NCBI GenBank assembly: GCA_041753155.1
Contig: JBGSVA010000021.1
Location: 1,012-65,011, forward strand
Source of the DNA: Thermodesulfobacteriota bacterium
GTDB taxonomy: Bacteria; Desulfobacterota_D; UBA1144; Nemesobacterales; UBA2774
DNA: 64,000 bases
Reading direction: 5' to 3'
Shown: piece by piece, positions 52,632-61,997 of the stretch
Layout of the letters: each line of letters starts with the position of its first letter
How positions within the stretch are numbered: position 1 is the stretch's first letter
Position numbers and translations under genes: made by a program
The notes under the pieces: model-generated
Seen by the model: the letters and a program-made list of their open reading frames with translations, nothing else
Told to the model about the DNA's origin: nothing
The model's database searches: none

Positions 52632-53882
52632 ATGGGAAAGCTGATACTGACTGCCGAAACGGTCCTGCCTGTTTCCTCGAAACCTTTGAAAAACGCTTCC
52701 GTACTGATCTCCGGCGGAAAGATCAGAGAGATCGGCAAATCCGCCGCGCTCAGGAAACGCTATAAAGGCGTGATCGAAAGGGATTTAGGAAACGGAATAC
52801 TCCTGCCGGGGTTCGTCAATGCCCATACACATCTCGAGCTCGGATGGATGTTAAGGAGGCTCCGCAGCTTCGGGGGCTTTACGGGCTGGCTCGGGCAGAT
52901 AATAAAGGAAAAGAGGGCGGGTGTGGCGGACGGTGAAATAGCCGAGTCGGTGGAGGAAGGAATAAGAACGAACATACGCTCGGGGGTTACGACCGTAGGG
53001 GAGATATCCTCGTACGGCGGTATAGATATACCGCTACTTAAATCGTCGGGGCTGAGGACTGTGCTCTTCAGAGAAATCCTCGACAGCAATGAAGGTGCCG
53101 CGGATTTCTCGTCTCTCGAAAAAGGGGCGCTCTTCGAGGAGAGGCTCTTCCCGCATTCACCCTATTCGTGCAGTCCCGGGGTGCTGAAAAAATCGCTCAG
53201 GTCTCACAGGAAAAACGGCGTCCCCCTCGGTATCCACCTCGCGGAGAGCGCGGATGAGGTGAGGTTCCTGAGGGGTGAAGTAAACAATATAGAAAAGAAG
53301 ATATTCCCGCTTATAAACAAGGCCCCCTTTAAAAAGCATTCGGCAGACACGCCTGTCTCATATTTAAGGAGAGCGGGCCTCTTAGACGGCGTGAGGATTA
53401 CACTCGTTCACATGGTGCAGGTGAGCGGGGAAGAGGCGCGGGAGCTCTGCGAGCTCGACGCGGCTATCGTCCTTTGCCCGAGGAGCAATTTTTTTCTTCA
53501 GGTGGGCGCCCCGCCCGTAAAGGAATATGCGAAGTTCAACAGGATGGGTATCGGCACGGACGGCCTATCAAGCAACTACAACCTCAATTTTTTTGAAGAG
53601 ATGAGGTTCCTCCATCTCCTCATGTCGCAGTCCGAGGGGCAGCGGGCGGCATATGTTACCGTATACGCTGCGACACTCGGGGGGGCAAGGGCGCTGTACA
53701 TTGAGGATAAGACCGGCAGCATTGAGCCCGGCAAAGAGGCCGACCTGATATTCCTCAAAAACGGCAGCGGATCGGGCGACCCTTACCTCTCGGTCATTTC
53801 ATCAGACGCGCGGGACGTCGGAATGGTCATGGTCCGGGGTAATATTATATATGCCGGGAATGCCGCGCGCCCCGGCAAATAG
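52632..53882 (+). CDS. amidohydrolase, ATZ/TRZ (nucleoside/aminofutalosine deaminase-like) family
   Basis: PGFVNAHTHLEL metal-binding motif. About 416 aa. Confidence 0.7.
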   Translation: MGKLILTAETVLPVSSKPLKNASVLISGGKIREIGKSAALRKRYKGVIERDLGNGILLPGFVNAHTHLELGWMLRRLRSFGGFTGWLGQIIKEKRAGVADGEIAESVEEGIRTNIRSGVTTVGEISSYGGIDIPLLKSSGLRTVLFREILDSNEGAADFSSLEKGALFEERLFPHSPYSCSPGVLKKSLRSHRKNGVPLGIHLAESADEVRFLRGEVNNIEKKIFPLINKAPFKKHSADTPVSYLRRAGLLDGVRITLVHMVQVSGEEARELCELDAAIVLCPRSNFFLQVGAPPVKEYAKFNRMGIGTDGLSSNYNLNFFEEMRFLHLLMSQSEGQRAAYVTVYAATLGGARALYIEDKTGSIEPGKEADLIFLKNGSGSGDPYLSVISSDARDVGMVMVRGNIIYAGNAARPGK

Positions 53883-53884
53883 CT

Positions 53885-54931
53885 ATGTCCGGCAAGATCA
53901 ATAAAATCTTCGTCTACGGGACGCTCCAGCGCGGGGAAGAGAGGAGTGGCTTCATGCGGGGCTGCAAGCTCTCGGAGATACTCGAAGTGCCGGGAAGGCT
54001 CTACGATACGGGACAGGGTTACCCGGCCGCTATATTCAACGACGGATCGGACCGGGCAGTGTCGGGCGAGCTCTATACCATGGAAGACCCGCCTTCCAAG
54101 CTCGAAGAGCTCGACAGGGTCGAGAGGACTCTATCCGGGTTCTTCGTAAGGTCGAGGATCAAATGCCCCCATTCGGAATTTTATTGCTACGAGGCGGGAC
54201 CGCTTCTGAAAGAAACAGCTACCGACCGGAACAGGATCATAAGCGGGAGCTGGAGGACGCACTCCTCGCTCGCATACACCGACCCGGTAGATTTCGCACT
54301 CAGGTTCGAGACGCACTTAAAAGACAGTTACAGGGAGCATCCGGGCGAAGACTCGGATGGGATACATTATATAAGGGGACGCGTCCCGGTCTTGGTCACG
54401 GCGCCCCACGCGACGGCGCACGTGCGAATGGGCAAATTGAAGAGGCAGGAATTCTATACGGGCGCGCTCGCCGTCCTCCTTCATTCGGTGACGGGGTGTC
54501 ATGCGCTCTACGTCGGCCGGCTGTCTTCACTCGACCCTAATTACACGGACGAATCCCCGTTCAAAGCGAAGCTATCCGAGATAGCCGGGAGAATCGGGCT
54601 CGAATTTCTGATCGACGTTCACGGGACCGGTTCGGAAAGGCCCGGGGACGTCTTTCCGGGCGTAGGCACGAACGGCGAGTTCCTGAACGGCAGGCCCGGA
54701 TCATTCGGCGAGCTCGGTCAGGCGGCCCAATCGAACGGCATCTCGCTCGGGCCTACGGATGTCTTCCCCGCGGCGAGGCAGATGACAGTGACAAGGTTTG
54801 CAGCTACCAAACTGAGCATACCCTCTATGCAGCTCGAAATAAACCGGAACCTGAGGCGGCCCGAAACTGAGCCCGGGGATTTCATAAAGCTCGTAAATTT
54901 TCTCAAGGACTTTATCGGGCGACTTTGTTGA
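53885..54931 (+). CDS. two-domain protein: N-terminal gamma-glutamylcyclotransferase (AIG2/GGCT)-like, C-terminal N-formylglutamate-amidohydrolase (FGase)-like
   Basis: The N-terminus IFVYGTLQRGE...GELY is a GGCT signature. The C-terminus has VLVTAPHAT and LIDVHGTG, resembling the FGase motifs (SCEHA / IDLHSM). The start lies 3 nt after the upstream stop. Confidence 0.5.
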   Translation: MSGKINKIFVYGTLQRGEERSGFMRGCKLSEILEVPGRLYDTGQGYPAAIFNDGSDRAVSGELYTMEDPPSKLEELDRVERTLSGFFVRSRIKCPHSEFYCYEAGPLLKETATDRNRIISGSWRTHSSLAYTDPVDFALRFETHLKDSYREHPGEDSDGIHYIRGRVPVLVTAPHATAHVRMGKLKRQEFYTGALAVLLHSVTGCHALYVGRLSSLDPNYTDESPFKAKLSEIAGRIGLEFLIDVHGTGSERPGDVFPGVGTNGEFLNGRPGSFGELGQAAQSNGISLGPTDVFPAARQMTVTRFAATKLSIPSMQLEINRNLRRPETEPGDFIKLVNFLKDFIGRLC

Positions 54932-57809
54932 TACGGCTTGCCAGTATCTCCGCCAGGTGTTTTACGCTCCTGCCAGTGAAGTGCTCAATTTGATGCCTGC
55001 ACGATACGCCCGAGACTGCGATGACCGTCTCGGGAGAGGATTTTCTCACGGCGGGGAATAAACGGTCTTCGCCTATGGTCTTCGATACCCCGTAGTGCTC
55101 TCTCTCGTAGCCGAAGCTGCCCGCCATCCCGCAGCACCCGGCCCCGCTCTCTTCGGCCTTGCATCCGGCGGCGGCGAGTATGCCGAGCGGGGCCTCAATC
55201 CCCGTGAGCGACCTCTCGTGGCAGTGCGCGTGATAGAGGATTTCGGGGGCGTCCCCACGCCATTCTATATTTAGACCTCTCTCCCGGTCCACGCGGTGCA
55301 GGAACTCTCCGATCAGAAATGAATTCCCGGCGAGTATCCGGGCGTCTTCGTTTCCGGGCAGGAGGTCCATGTACTCGTCCCTGAATGTGAGTATGCAGCT
55401 CGGCTCGGTGCCGACGACGGGAATACCTTCTCTCACGTAAGGCGAGAGTAACGAGACGTTCTTTCGCGCCATCTCCCTCGCGGGCTCGATTGCGCCCTTA
55501 CTCAGCATGGGCCGCCCGCAGCAGGCCCTTCGCCGTTCAAGCAATACCTCGTATCCGGCTGCCTCCAGAAGCTCGACGGCCGACTTCCCGACCTCCGGAT
55601 GATAGTACGTTACCCATGTGTCGTGAAAGAAGACTACTTTTTTGTCGGATGTTTTGCGGTTTTTTTTCCTTCCGTAAAACCATCCAGTGAAATTTTCTCC
55701 AGTCAGCTTTGGCAGTGTGCGCTCGGGGTGAATACCGATGCGTGAGAGCAGGAGTTTCGTCACCGGGTTCCCGATCAGGGCGTTCGAGAGCCGGGGGGCG
55801 AGCGAAGCGATGCGGCTCGCCTCGTGGACGTCCGAGAAAAAACGGTCCCTCGCGCTCATGCCGTGCTCTTCGTGATAATGGGAGAGGAACTCGGTCTTCA
55901 TCTTGGCGGCGTCCACCTTCGACGGGCACTCCGTCTTGCAAGCCTTGCACGATATGCACAGGTCGAAGACCCCGTACATCTCCCTGCCGGCGAGCGAATC
56001 CCTGTCGAGCGCGCCCGAGAGCACGGCTCTGAGTGCATTGGCGCGCGCCCTCGTCGAGTCCCTCTCGTCGCGGGTAGCCATGTAGGAAGGGCACATTATT
56101 CCCTCTCCGAGCTTCCTGCAGACGCCCTGGCCGTTACACATCCCGACCGCCTGAGAAAAGCCGAGGTCTTGAGACCAGTCGAGCCTGGTCCTGATTTCAT
56201 AGGGTTCGCTCCTGTCTCCGTACCTGAGGTCCTCGAGCGGGCCCCCGGGGTCTACGACCTTCCCCGGATTGAATATGCCCTCGGGATCGAACGCCGCCTT
56301 TAGCTCCCGCATTACGCCGTATAGCTCGTGCCCGAACAGTTTTTCGTTGAGATAACTCCTCTGTCTCCCGTCCCCGTGCTCGCCGCTCATCACGCCCCCG
56401 TACCTGACGGCAAGCTCGAAGGCTCCGTCCATTAGCTCCTTCATCATGAGTACGCCCTTTCCCGTTTTCAGGTTCACGAGGGGCCTTATGTGCAGGCAGC
56501 CCGCGCTCGCGTGCCCGTAAAATCCGGCGGTCGTCCCGAGGCGCTTGATTAATTCCGACACGTCGCGCACATATTCGGGGAGACTTCCGACCGGTACGGA
56601 CACGTCCTCTATGCACGGTATGGGCTTGTGCTCGTCCCTCCTGCTCATCATTATGCCGAGCCCCGCCCTCCTCACTCCCCATACGTTTGACTGCTCCTCA
56701 CTGCCGAGTGCGAAATTAATACTGCACCCGGCCCCTCTTTCCCTTAATGACGAAGCGAGGCCCCGGGCCTTTCCTTTTACCTCTGCTTCGCTACCTCCGT
56801 AGAATTCCACTGCGAGAATGGCTTCGGGCTCTCCTTCGACGAAGGAGAGCATCTTGCTATACCCCGCGTGGGCCCTCGTCAGACCGACGAGCATCGCGTC
56901 TATCAGCTCTACCGCTGACGGGCCGTGCCCGAGAATCCCGGGGACGGTCTCCATCGCTGAAATAATGCTCCCGAACTGCAGTATTACGAGTCCCGTGTGA
57001 GCGGGCCTCGGCACGAGCGTCAAAGTGAATTCGGTAACTACACCGAGAGTGCCCTCCGATCCCGCGAGCAGCTTTGCCGGATTAAATGGGGATTCGAGAA
57101 AATAGTTGAGACTGTATCCGGACGCCCTCCTCCAGTGCTTCGGAAAATCACGCCTTATCGCTTCCGAATATTTTTCACGCAGCGCGGTGAGATTCTTAAA
57201 CAGACGCCCCGCGGGCCCGCTCTCCTTCGCCCGCGCGAGGAGGGCGTCCTCACCGAGGGCGCCGAGCTCGACGGGACTTCCGTCAAGCAGAATTTTTGCC
57301 GCCCCGACGTTGTCCCCCGCCATGCCGTAGAGGATCGAATGCGCCCCCGTGGCATTATTGCCGACGACCCCTCCCGCTGTCGCGATCCTCGCCGTGGACG
57401 GGTCCGGTCCGAACATCAGCCCCGAGGGCTTAAGCCTTCGGTTGAGCTGCTCTATATATATTCCCGGCTGTACACGGGCGGTTTTGGCTTCCGGATTTAT
57501 TTCGATGACACCGTTCAGGTACTTCGAGAAATCTATGACCAGCGCGTCTCCGACCGCCTGCCCAGCAAGGCTCGTGCCCCCGCCCCTCGGCAGTATCGCG
57601 ACCCCGAGCCGCCGGGCGGTTTCGGCGGCGATAGATACGTCCTCTACCGTCCGCGGTATGACGACGCCCACGGGCTCTATCTCGTAATTGCTCGCGTCCG
57701 TACTGTAGAGCGCCCTGCTCATCTGATCGAAGCGGACTTCGCCCTTTATGGTCTTCTTGAGCGAGGCTTCGAGCTCTGATAGCGAGCTATTCCCGGCGGT
57801 TCTAGGCAT
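54912..57809 (-). CDS. YdiJ-like FAD-linked oxidase fused to Fe-S/CCG domains (GlcD+GlcF-like)
   Basis: 965 aa with an N-terminal PCMH-type FAD-binding domain, a central CISCKACKTECP ferredoxin motif, and C-terminal Cys-rich CCG repeats. Confidence 0.7.
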   Translation of the reverse strand: MPRTAGNSSLSELEASLKKTIKGEVRFDQMSRALYSTDASNYEIEPVGVVIPRTVEDVSIAAETARRLGVAILPRGGGTSLAGQAVGDALVIDFSKYLNGVIEINPEAKTARVQPGIYIEQLNRRLKPSGLMFGPDPSTARIATAGGVVGNNATGAHSILYGMAGDNVGAAKILLDGSPVELGALGEDALLARAKESGPAGRLFKNLTALREKYSEAIRRDFPKHWRRASGYSLNYFLESPFNPAKLLAGSEGTLGVVTEFTLTLVPRPAHTGLVILQFGSIISAMETVPGILGHGPSAVELIDAMLVGLTRAHAGYSKMLSFVEGEPEAILAVEFYGGSEAEVKGKARGLASSLRERGAGCSINFALGSEEQSNVWGVRRAGLGIMMSRRDEHKPIPCIEDVSVPVGSLPEYVRDVSELIKRLGTTAGFYGHASAGCLHIRPLVNLKTGKGVLMMKELMDGAFELAVRYGGVMSGEHGDGRQRSYLNEKLFGHELYGVMRELKAAFDPEGIFNPGKVVDPGGPLEDLRYGDRSEPYEIRTRLDWSQDLGFSQAVGMCNGQGVCRKLGEGIMCPSYMATRDERDSTRARANALRAVLSGALDRDSLAGREMYGVFDLCISCKACKTECPSKVDAAKMKTEFLSHYHEEHGMSARDRFFSDVHEASRIASLAPRLSNALIGNPVTKLLLSRIGIHPERTLPKLTGENFTGWFYGRKKNRKTSDKKVVFFHDTWVTYYHPEVGKSAVELLEAAGYEVLLERRRACCGRPMLSKGAIEPAREMARKNVSLLSPYVREGIPVVGTEPSCILTFRDEYMDLLPGNEDARILAGNSFLIGEFLHRVDRERGLNIEWRGDAPEILYHAHCHERSLTGIEAPLGILAAAGCKAEESGAGCCGMAGSFGYEREHYGVSKTIGEDRLFPAVRKSSPETVIAVSGVSCRHQIEHFTGRSVKHLAEILASRINKVAR

Positions 57810-57992
57810 AGGCCCGATTAGTATAACTTGACGGCGGGTGAAATATACAACTCCCGGCCCTCTGGTCCCTCTCGCGCGGGGCGGGGTTCCGACTATTACA
57901 GACTTTAAAAAAATACTGGTATCATAAACTGATTTTTATGGGCCCAGCGTTATAGTGCGCGCCGTCTATATCCGGGCGCCGAAAGACTTTAT

Positions 57993-58646
57993 ATGAAATT
58001 TGCTATCGTTCCCGTAAAAGACCTCTCGAAAGCGAAGGAAAGGCTGTCCTCAGTCCTGCCTCAGGACGTCAGGACCGACCTCGCCTACGCGATGCTCGAG
58101 GACGTGCTCACCGCGCTCAAGGGCTCTAGGCTCCTCGACAGGATATTTATCGTGACCATGGACAGGAATGCGATAAGGATAGCCGGGGAGATAGGGATCG
58201 AAATCATAGAAGAGACAGAGCAGAAGGGCGAAAGCGACTCCGTCGACCGGGCGTCCCGAATCTGCATGGAGATGGGGGCCGGATCCGTGCTCGTTATTCC
58301 GGGCGACGCCCCGCTCATAACCTCTCAGGACATCGATTTCATCGCGGGAAAGGAAACGGCCCCTCCCTCGGTGGTACTCGTCCCGGCGAGAGACATGCTG
58401 GGCACGAACGCTATACTCAGAAACCCGCCCGACGCCATCCCGTCCCGGTTCGGCCACGACAGTTTCAGGAAGCACATCGAAGAGGCGGAGAAGAAGGGCA
58501 TACGATTAGAGTATTACGAGAACGAAAGGGTAGGGCTCGATATCGACCACCCGGACGATCTGAAAATATTCGCTTCGGAAAAGAGCGGTACGAGGACCTA
58601 CGAATTACTATTGAGAAAAAATATACTCAGCAAGATAAGCGAATAA
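57993..58646 (+). CDS. CofC/FbiD-like nucleotidyltransferase (2-phospho-L-lactate guanylyltransferase family)
   Basis: MKFAIVPVKDLSKAKERLSSVL matches the CofC N-terminal motif (AVIPxKxxxAKSRL). 217 aa, MobA-like fold. Confidence 0.5.
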   Translation: MKFAIVPVKDLSKAKERLSSVLPQDVRTDLAYAMLEDVLTALKGSRLLDRIFIVTMDRNAIRIAGEIGIEIIEETEQKGESDSVDRASRICMEMGAGSVLVIPGDAPLITSQDIDFIAGKETAPPSVVLVPARDMLGTNAILRNPPDAIPSRFGHDSFRKHIEEAEKKGIRLEYYENERVGLDIDHPDDLKIFASEKSGTRTYELLLRKNILSKISE

Positions 58647-58671
58647 TACGTTACTGTTTCTTACCGTCCGC

Positions 58672-60105
58672 CTAGTAATTCAGGTTGACTACCAATAGTT
58701 TTAATTCAGTCATCTCCTCGATCGCATACCGGACCCCTTCCTTCCCGACGCCCGAGTCCTTAACCCCGCCGTACGGCATGTTCTCGACCCTGAAGCTCGG
58801 GTAGTCGTTCACGACGACCCCTCCCACGTCGAGGGCGGCATAGGCCTTGAATGCCTTCTTGATGTCCTTCGTGAATACTCCGGCCTGAAGACCGTAACGA
58901 GAGTCGTTTACGGCTTTGAGAGCGTCGTCGAAATCCCTGTACCTCTCCACATGAACCACGGGCCCGAATACCTCACTCTTGCTGACGTCGCATCCGGGAG
59001 GCACGTCCGTCAGTATCGCGGGCTCGATGAGAGAGCCGTCCCTGTTCCCGCCTGAAAGGAGCCTAGCTCCCCTTCCGACGGCGTCCTCTATCCATTCCAT
59101 GATCCTGTCCGCCGACTGAGCGTCTATGACGGGCCCCACGTCCGTGTCTTCGAGCATCGGGTCGCCCAGCCTGAGCTTTCTCGTCTCTTCGACGAATTTG
59201 CTTATGAACCTGTCGAATGTCTTTTCATGCACGTACATCCTCTGCACGGATATGCAGCTTTGACCGGCCTGGTAAAATGCCCCCCACGCGTTCCTGCTCG
59301 CGGCGAAATCGAGGTCGGGCGGGTCTTCGTCGATAATAGTCGCCGCGTTCCCGCCTAACTCGAGCGTGACCTTCTTCTTCGGGTGCTTCCTTTTAAGCTC
59401 CCACCCTATGGCGTCGCTCCCGGTGAACGAGACCTTCTTCACCCTCACGTCGTCTATCACGGCCTCAATCTCCGACCCCGGCACGGGCAAAATATTCAGC
59501 AGTCCGTCGGGAAGCCCGGCCTCGCAGACGACCTCCCCCAGCATCAGCGCCGAGAGCGGCGTCTGGGATGCGGGCTTGAGCAACATTACATTCCCCGATG
59601 CTATAGACGGCGCGACTTTATGGGCGACGAGGTTGAGAGGGAAGTTGAAAGGGGATATGCCGACGACGACACCTAAGGGGAAACGTCTCGCGATCCCGAA
59701 CATCCCTTCGTTCCCCGGCGCAATGTCTATGGGGACCAGCTCTCCTTCGGAGATCCTGTTCGCCTCCTCCGCAGCCACGGAGAACGTGGTCACTGCACGG
59801 CCCACCTCGACCCTGGCCGTTTTCAGAGGCTTCCCGCCTTCGAGCACGAGGGTCTTGGCAAATTCCTCCTTCCTTCCCGCAATACCTTCCGCTATTTTTC
59901 TCAATATACGGCTCCGCTCAAAGCTCGGGCTCTCTCTCCATTTCTCGTACGCGCTCTCGGCCGTGCCTATAGAGCCTATAGCGGTCTCACGGTCGGGGAT
60001 ATTGATTATCCCCGCCGTCTCTCCGTTATAAGGGCTTTTTATCTCCCTTTTCCTTTTGCTCTTCGTCCACTTACCGTTTATTAGGAATCCGTATTCTTTG
60101 GGCAT
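58672..60105 (-). CDS. NAD(P)-dependent aldehyde dehydrogenase
   Basis: 477 aa with the ELGGNA catalytic Glu region and the FTGS Rossmann motif. Confidence 0.85.
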   Translation of the reverse strand: MPKEYGFLINGKWTKSKRKREIKSPYNGETAGIINIPDRETAIGSIGTAESAYEKWRESPSFERSRILRKIAEGIAGRKEEFAKTLVLEGGKPLKTARVEVGRAVTTFSVAAEEANRISEGELVPIDIAPGNEGMFGIARRFPLGVVVGISPFNFPLNLVAHKVAPSIASGNVMLLKPASQTPLSALMLGEVVCEAGLPDGLLNILPVPGSEIEAVIDDVRVKKVSFTGSDAIGWELKRKHPKKKVTLELGGNAATIIDEDPPDLDFAASRNAWGAFYQAGQSCISVQRMYVHEKTFDRFISKFVEETRKLRLGDPMLEDTDVGPVIDAQSADRIMEWIEDAVGRGARLLSGGNRDGSLIEPAILTDVPPGCDVSKSEVFGPVVHVERYRDFDDALKAVNDSRYGLQAGVFTKDIKKAFKAYAALDVGGVVVNDYPSFRVENMPYGGVKDSGVGKEGVRYAIEEMTELKLLVVNLNY

Positions 60106-60227
60106 TACACCGCTCCTGTCCGTTGTTGTGTGTTATCGATTATTATAAGTCGTATTTAAACCGTACTCTATCCCGGTCGGGAATATTCGACTGCGGTTGG
60201 TATGAGGGGGGATTCCGTATATGAAAT

Positions 60228-61061
60228 CTAGGCTTCCAGTATGTCGAGCCTCGGCTCTTCTTTTATGATCCCTTTATCGTAAGCCCTGTTAAATAGATAC
60301 TTGAGCGCGGCCTTCCCTTTCCCCCCGAGGTCCAGCGTGTATTTGTTGACGTACATCAGGACGAATTTCTCTCCCACGTCCTCGCCTATGCCCCTGCCGT
60401 ATTTCATCGCATATTCGAGAGCTTCTTTTTTGTGGGCGAGTCCGTACTCGATGCTCTCCTTATGTACCCTGAGGACTTCTTTCTGAAGCTCCTCTCCAAT
60501 GTCCCTCTTAACGACGTTAAGTCCTAGTGGGAGCGGGAGCGTGGTCTCAATTTGCCACTGCTCGCCCAGATCGAGCACAAGCTCGAGGTCGTAGTCCTTG
60601 TAAGTAAGCTGTCCCTCGTGGATGATGAGGCCGGTCTCAATGTCGCCCCTCGCGACTGCGGGCATTATCTCGTCGAAAGGCATCTCCACCGGTATAAAGC
60701 CGTCTGAGTAAATGCTCAGGAGCAGGAACGCGGTCGTGAGCTTCCCGGGGACACCTATCTCCTTCCCATTGAGGTCGTCGGTCGGCACGCTCGATACCAC
60801 GATAGGGCCGTACCCCTCTCCCATGCTCGCGCCGCAGGACATGATTCTGTAATCGTCCTGTACTTTCAGATATCCGTGCGCGGAGATCGCGGTAGTTTCA
60901 AGCTCTTTATTGAGCGCGCGCTTGTTCAGGGATTGAATGTCCTCTATGACGTGCTCGAAATCGATTTTGTCCGAAGTCACTTTGCCTGAGGCTATGCCGT
61001 AAAACATGAAAGCGTCGTCGGGGTCGGGGCTGTGTCCGAGTCTCATCTTTATCTTGGTCAA
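60228..61061 (-). CDS. mqnD: 1,4-dihydroxy-6-naphthoate synthase (futalosine pathway)
   Basis: LGHSPDPDDAFMFYG and GLIIHEGQLTY closely match MqnD (LGFSPCPNDTFIFY / GLIIHESRFTY). Confidence 0.75.
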   Translation of the reverse strand: MTKIKMRLGHSPDPDDAFMFYGIASGKVTSDKIDFEHVIEDIQSLNKRALNKELETTAISAHGYLKVQDDYRIMSCGASMGEGYGPIVVSSVPTDDLNGKEIGVPGKLTTAFLLLSIYSDGFIPVEMPFDEIMPAVARGDIETGLIIHEGQLTYKDYDLELVLDLGEQWQIETTLPLPLGLNVVKRDIGEELQKEVLRVHKESIEYGLAHKKEALEYAMKYGRGIGEDVGEKFVLMYVNKYTLDLGGKGKAALKYLFNRAYDKGIIKEEPRLDILEA

Positions 61062-61085
61062 TCTGCGTCCTCCAGTTTCTTCAAG

Positions 61086-61892
61086 CTATTGTGAATATAA
61101 TTTTATGCGGGAAATCTTTTCTGCCTCGCCGAGCCGGGAGAGGTATTCGCTGTATCTGCCGATCGCTTCGATCTCCTTTTCACCGAGGTCATACTTTATC
61201 CTTTCTGTTAAATATTTATGGCACATGCCCTCATCGATTCCCGTCCTCATCGATTCGAGCTTTGCTATTTTACCCACTATGCCGAGCCCGTAGTCTTTGG
61301 ATTTATGGAGCGCGTCCAGGTTCCGTCCGAGCTCCACGCCTTCGTTTACGGCGAAGACGGCATACACAAACGGGAGCCCGGTCTCTCCGGTCCAGATCTC
61401 CCCGAGGTCATAAACGTCATAGCCCACGGGAGGGGAGTAGGTCGTCTCGAGGCCGGTGTCGCCAATTATCATCCCCGCATCGACGTCTTCCAGGAAATCA
61501 CCGTCCGCGGCCCGCGGCAGATAGACCGGCGAAAGGCTATGGAATGTTTCGAGTATTATCCTCAATAGTGCAGTCGAGCTCTGCGACCTCCTGTCGACGG
61601 CGACCCTCTTAATGTCCGTGATCTCGCCCTTCGACAGGAGCACGACACTGTCCACCTTCCCGTAAGAAGAGATAGAGATTCCGGGTACCGCGGAGTACGA
61701 GTTTCTCCTGAGGAATTCCGCGACGGGTATGAGCCCCAAGTCTATCGCTTTTCCGGAGAGCATCAGCGAGAGATCGGAAGGGGGCGTTAGCGTTATATCG
61801 AAGTCGTGTTCTACGAGACCGTTCTCGATCGCGAACGTCAGGGGTTTTGCATTCATAAACGATACCGAGCCCAGCTTTATCAATCTTTGCAT
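61086..61892 (-). CDS. mqnA: chorismate dehydratase (futalosine pathway)
   Basis: The KLGSVSFMNAKPL...IDLGLIPVAEF layout matches MqnA. It is tandem with mqnD. Confidence 0.65.
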   Translation of the reverse strand: MQRLIKLGSVSFMNAKPLTFAIENGLVEHDFDITLTPPSDLSLMLSGKAIDLGLIPVAEFLRRNSYSAVPGISISSYGKVDSVVLLSKGEITDIKRVAVDRRSQSSTALLRIILETFHSLSPVYLPRAADGDFLEDVDAGMIIGDTGLETTYSPPVGYDVYDLGEIWTGETGLPFVYAVFAVNEGVELGRNLDALHKSKDYGLGIVGKIAKLESMRTGIDEGMCHKYLTERIKYDLGEKEIEAIGRYSEYLSRLGEAEKISRIKLYSQ

Positions 61893-61997
61893 CTTGTTCT
61901 ATTTAAATTCTATGTAAAACTCATCAAATGCAAGGGGTTAGTTATGAGAGTTACGGTTAATTTACAAGGCTAATAATGTTACCTGAACCGGATAATA

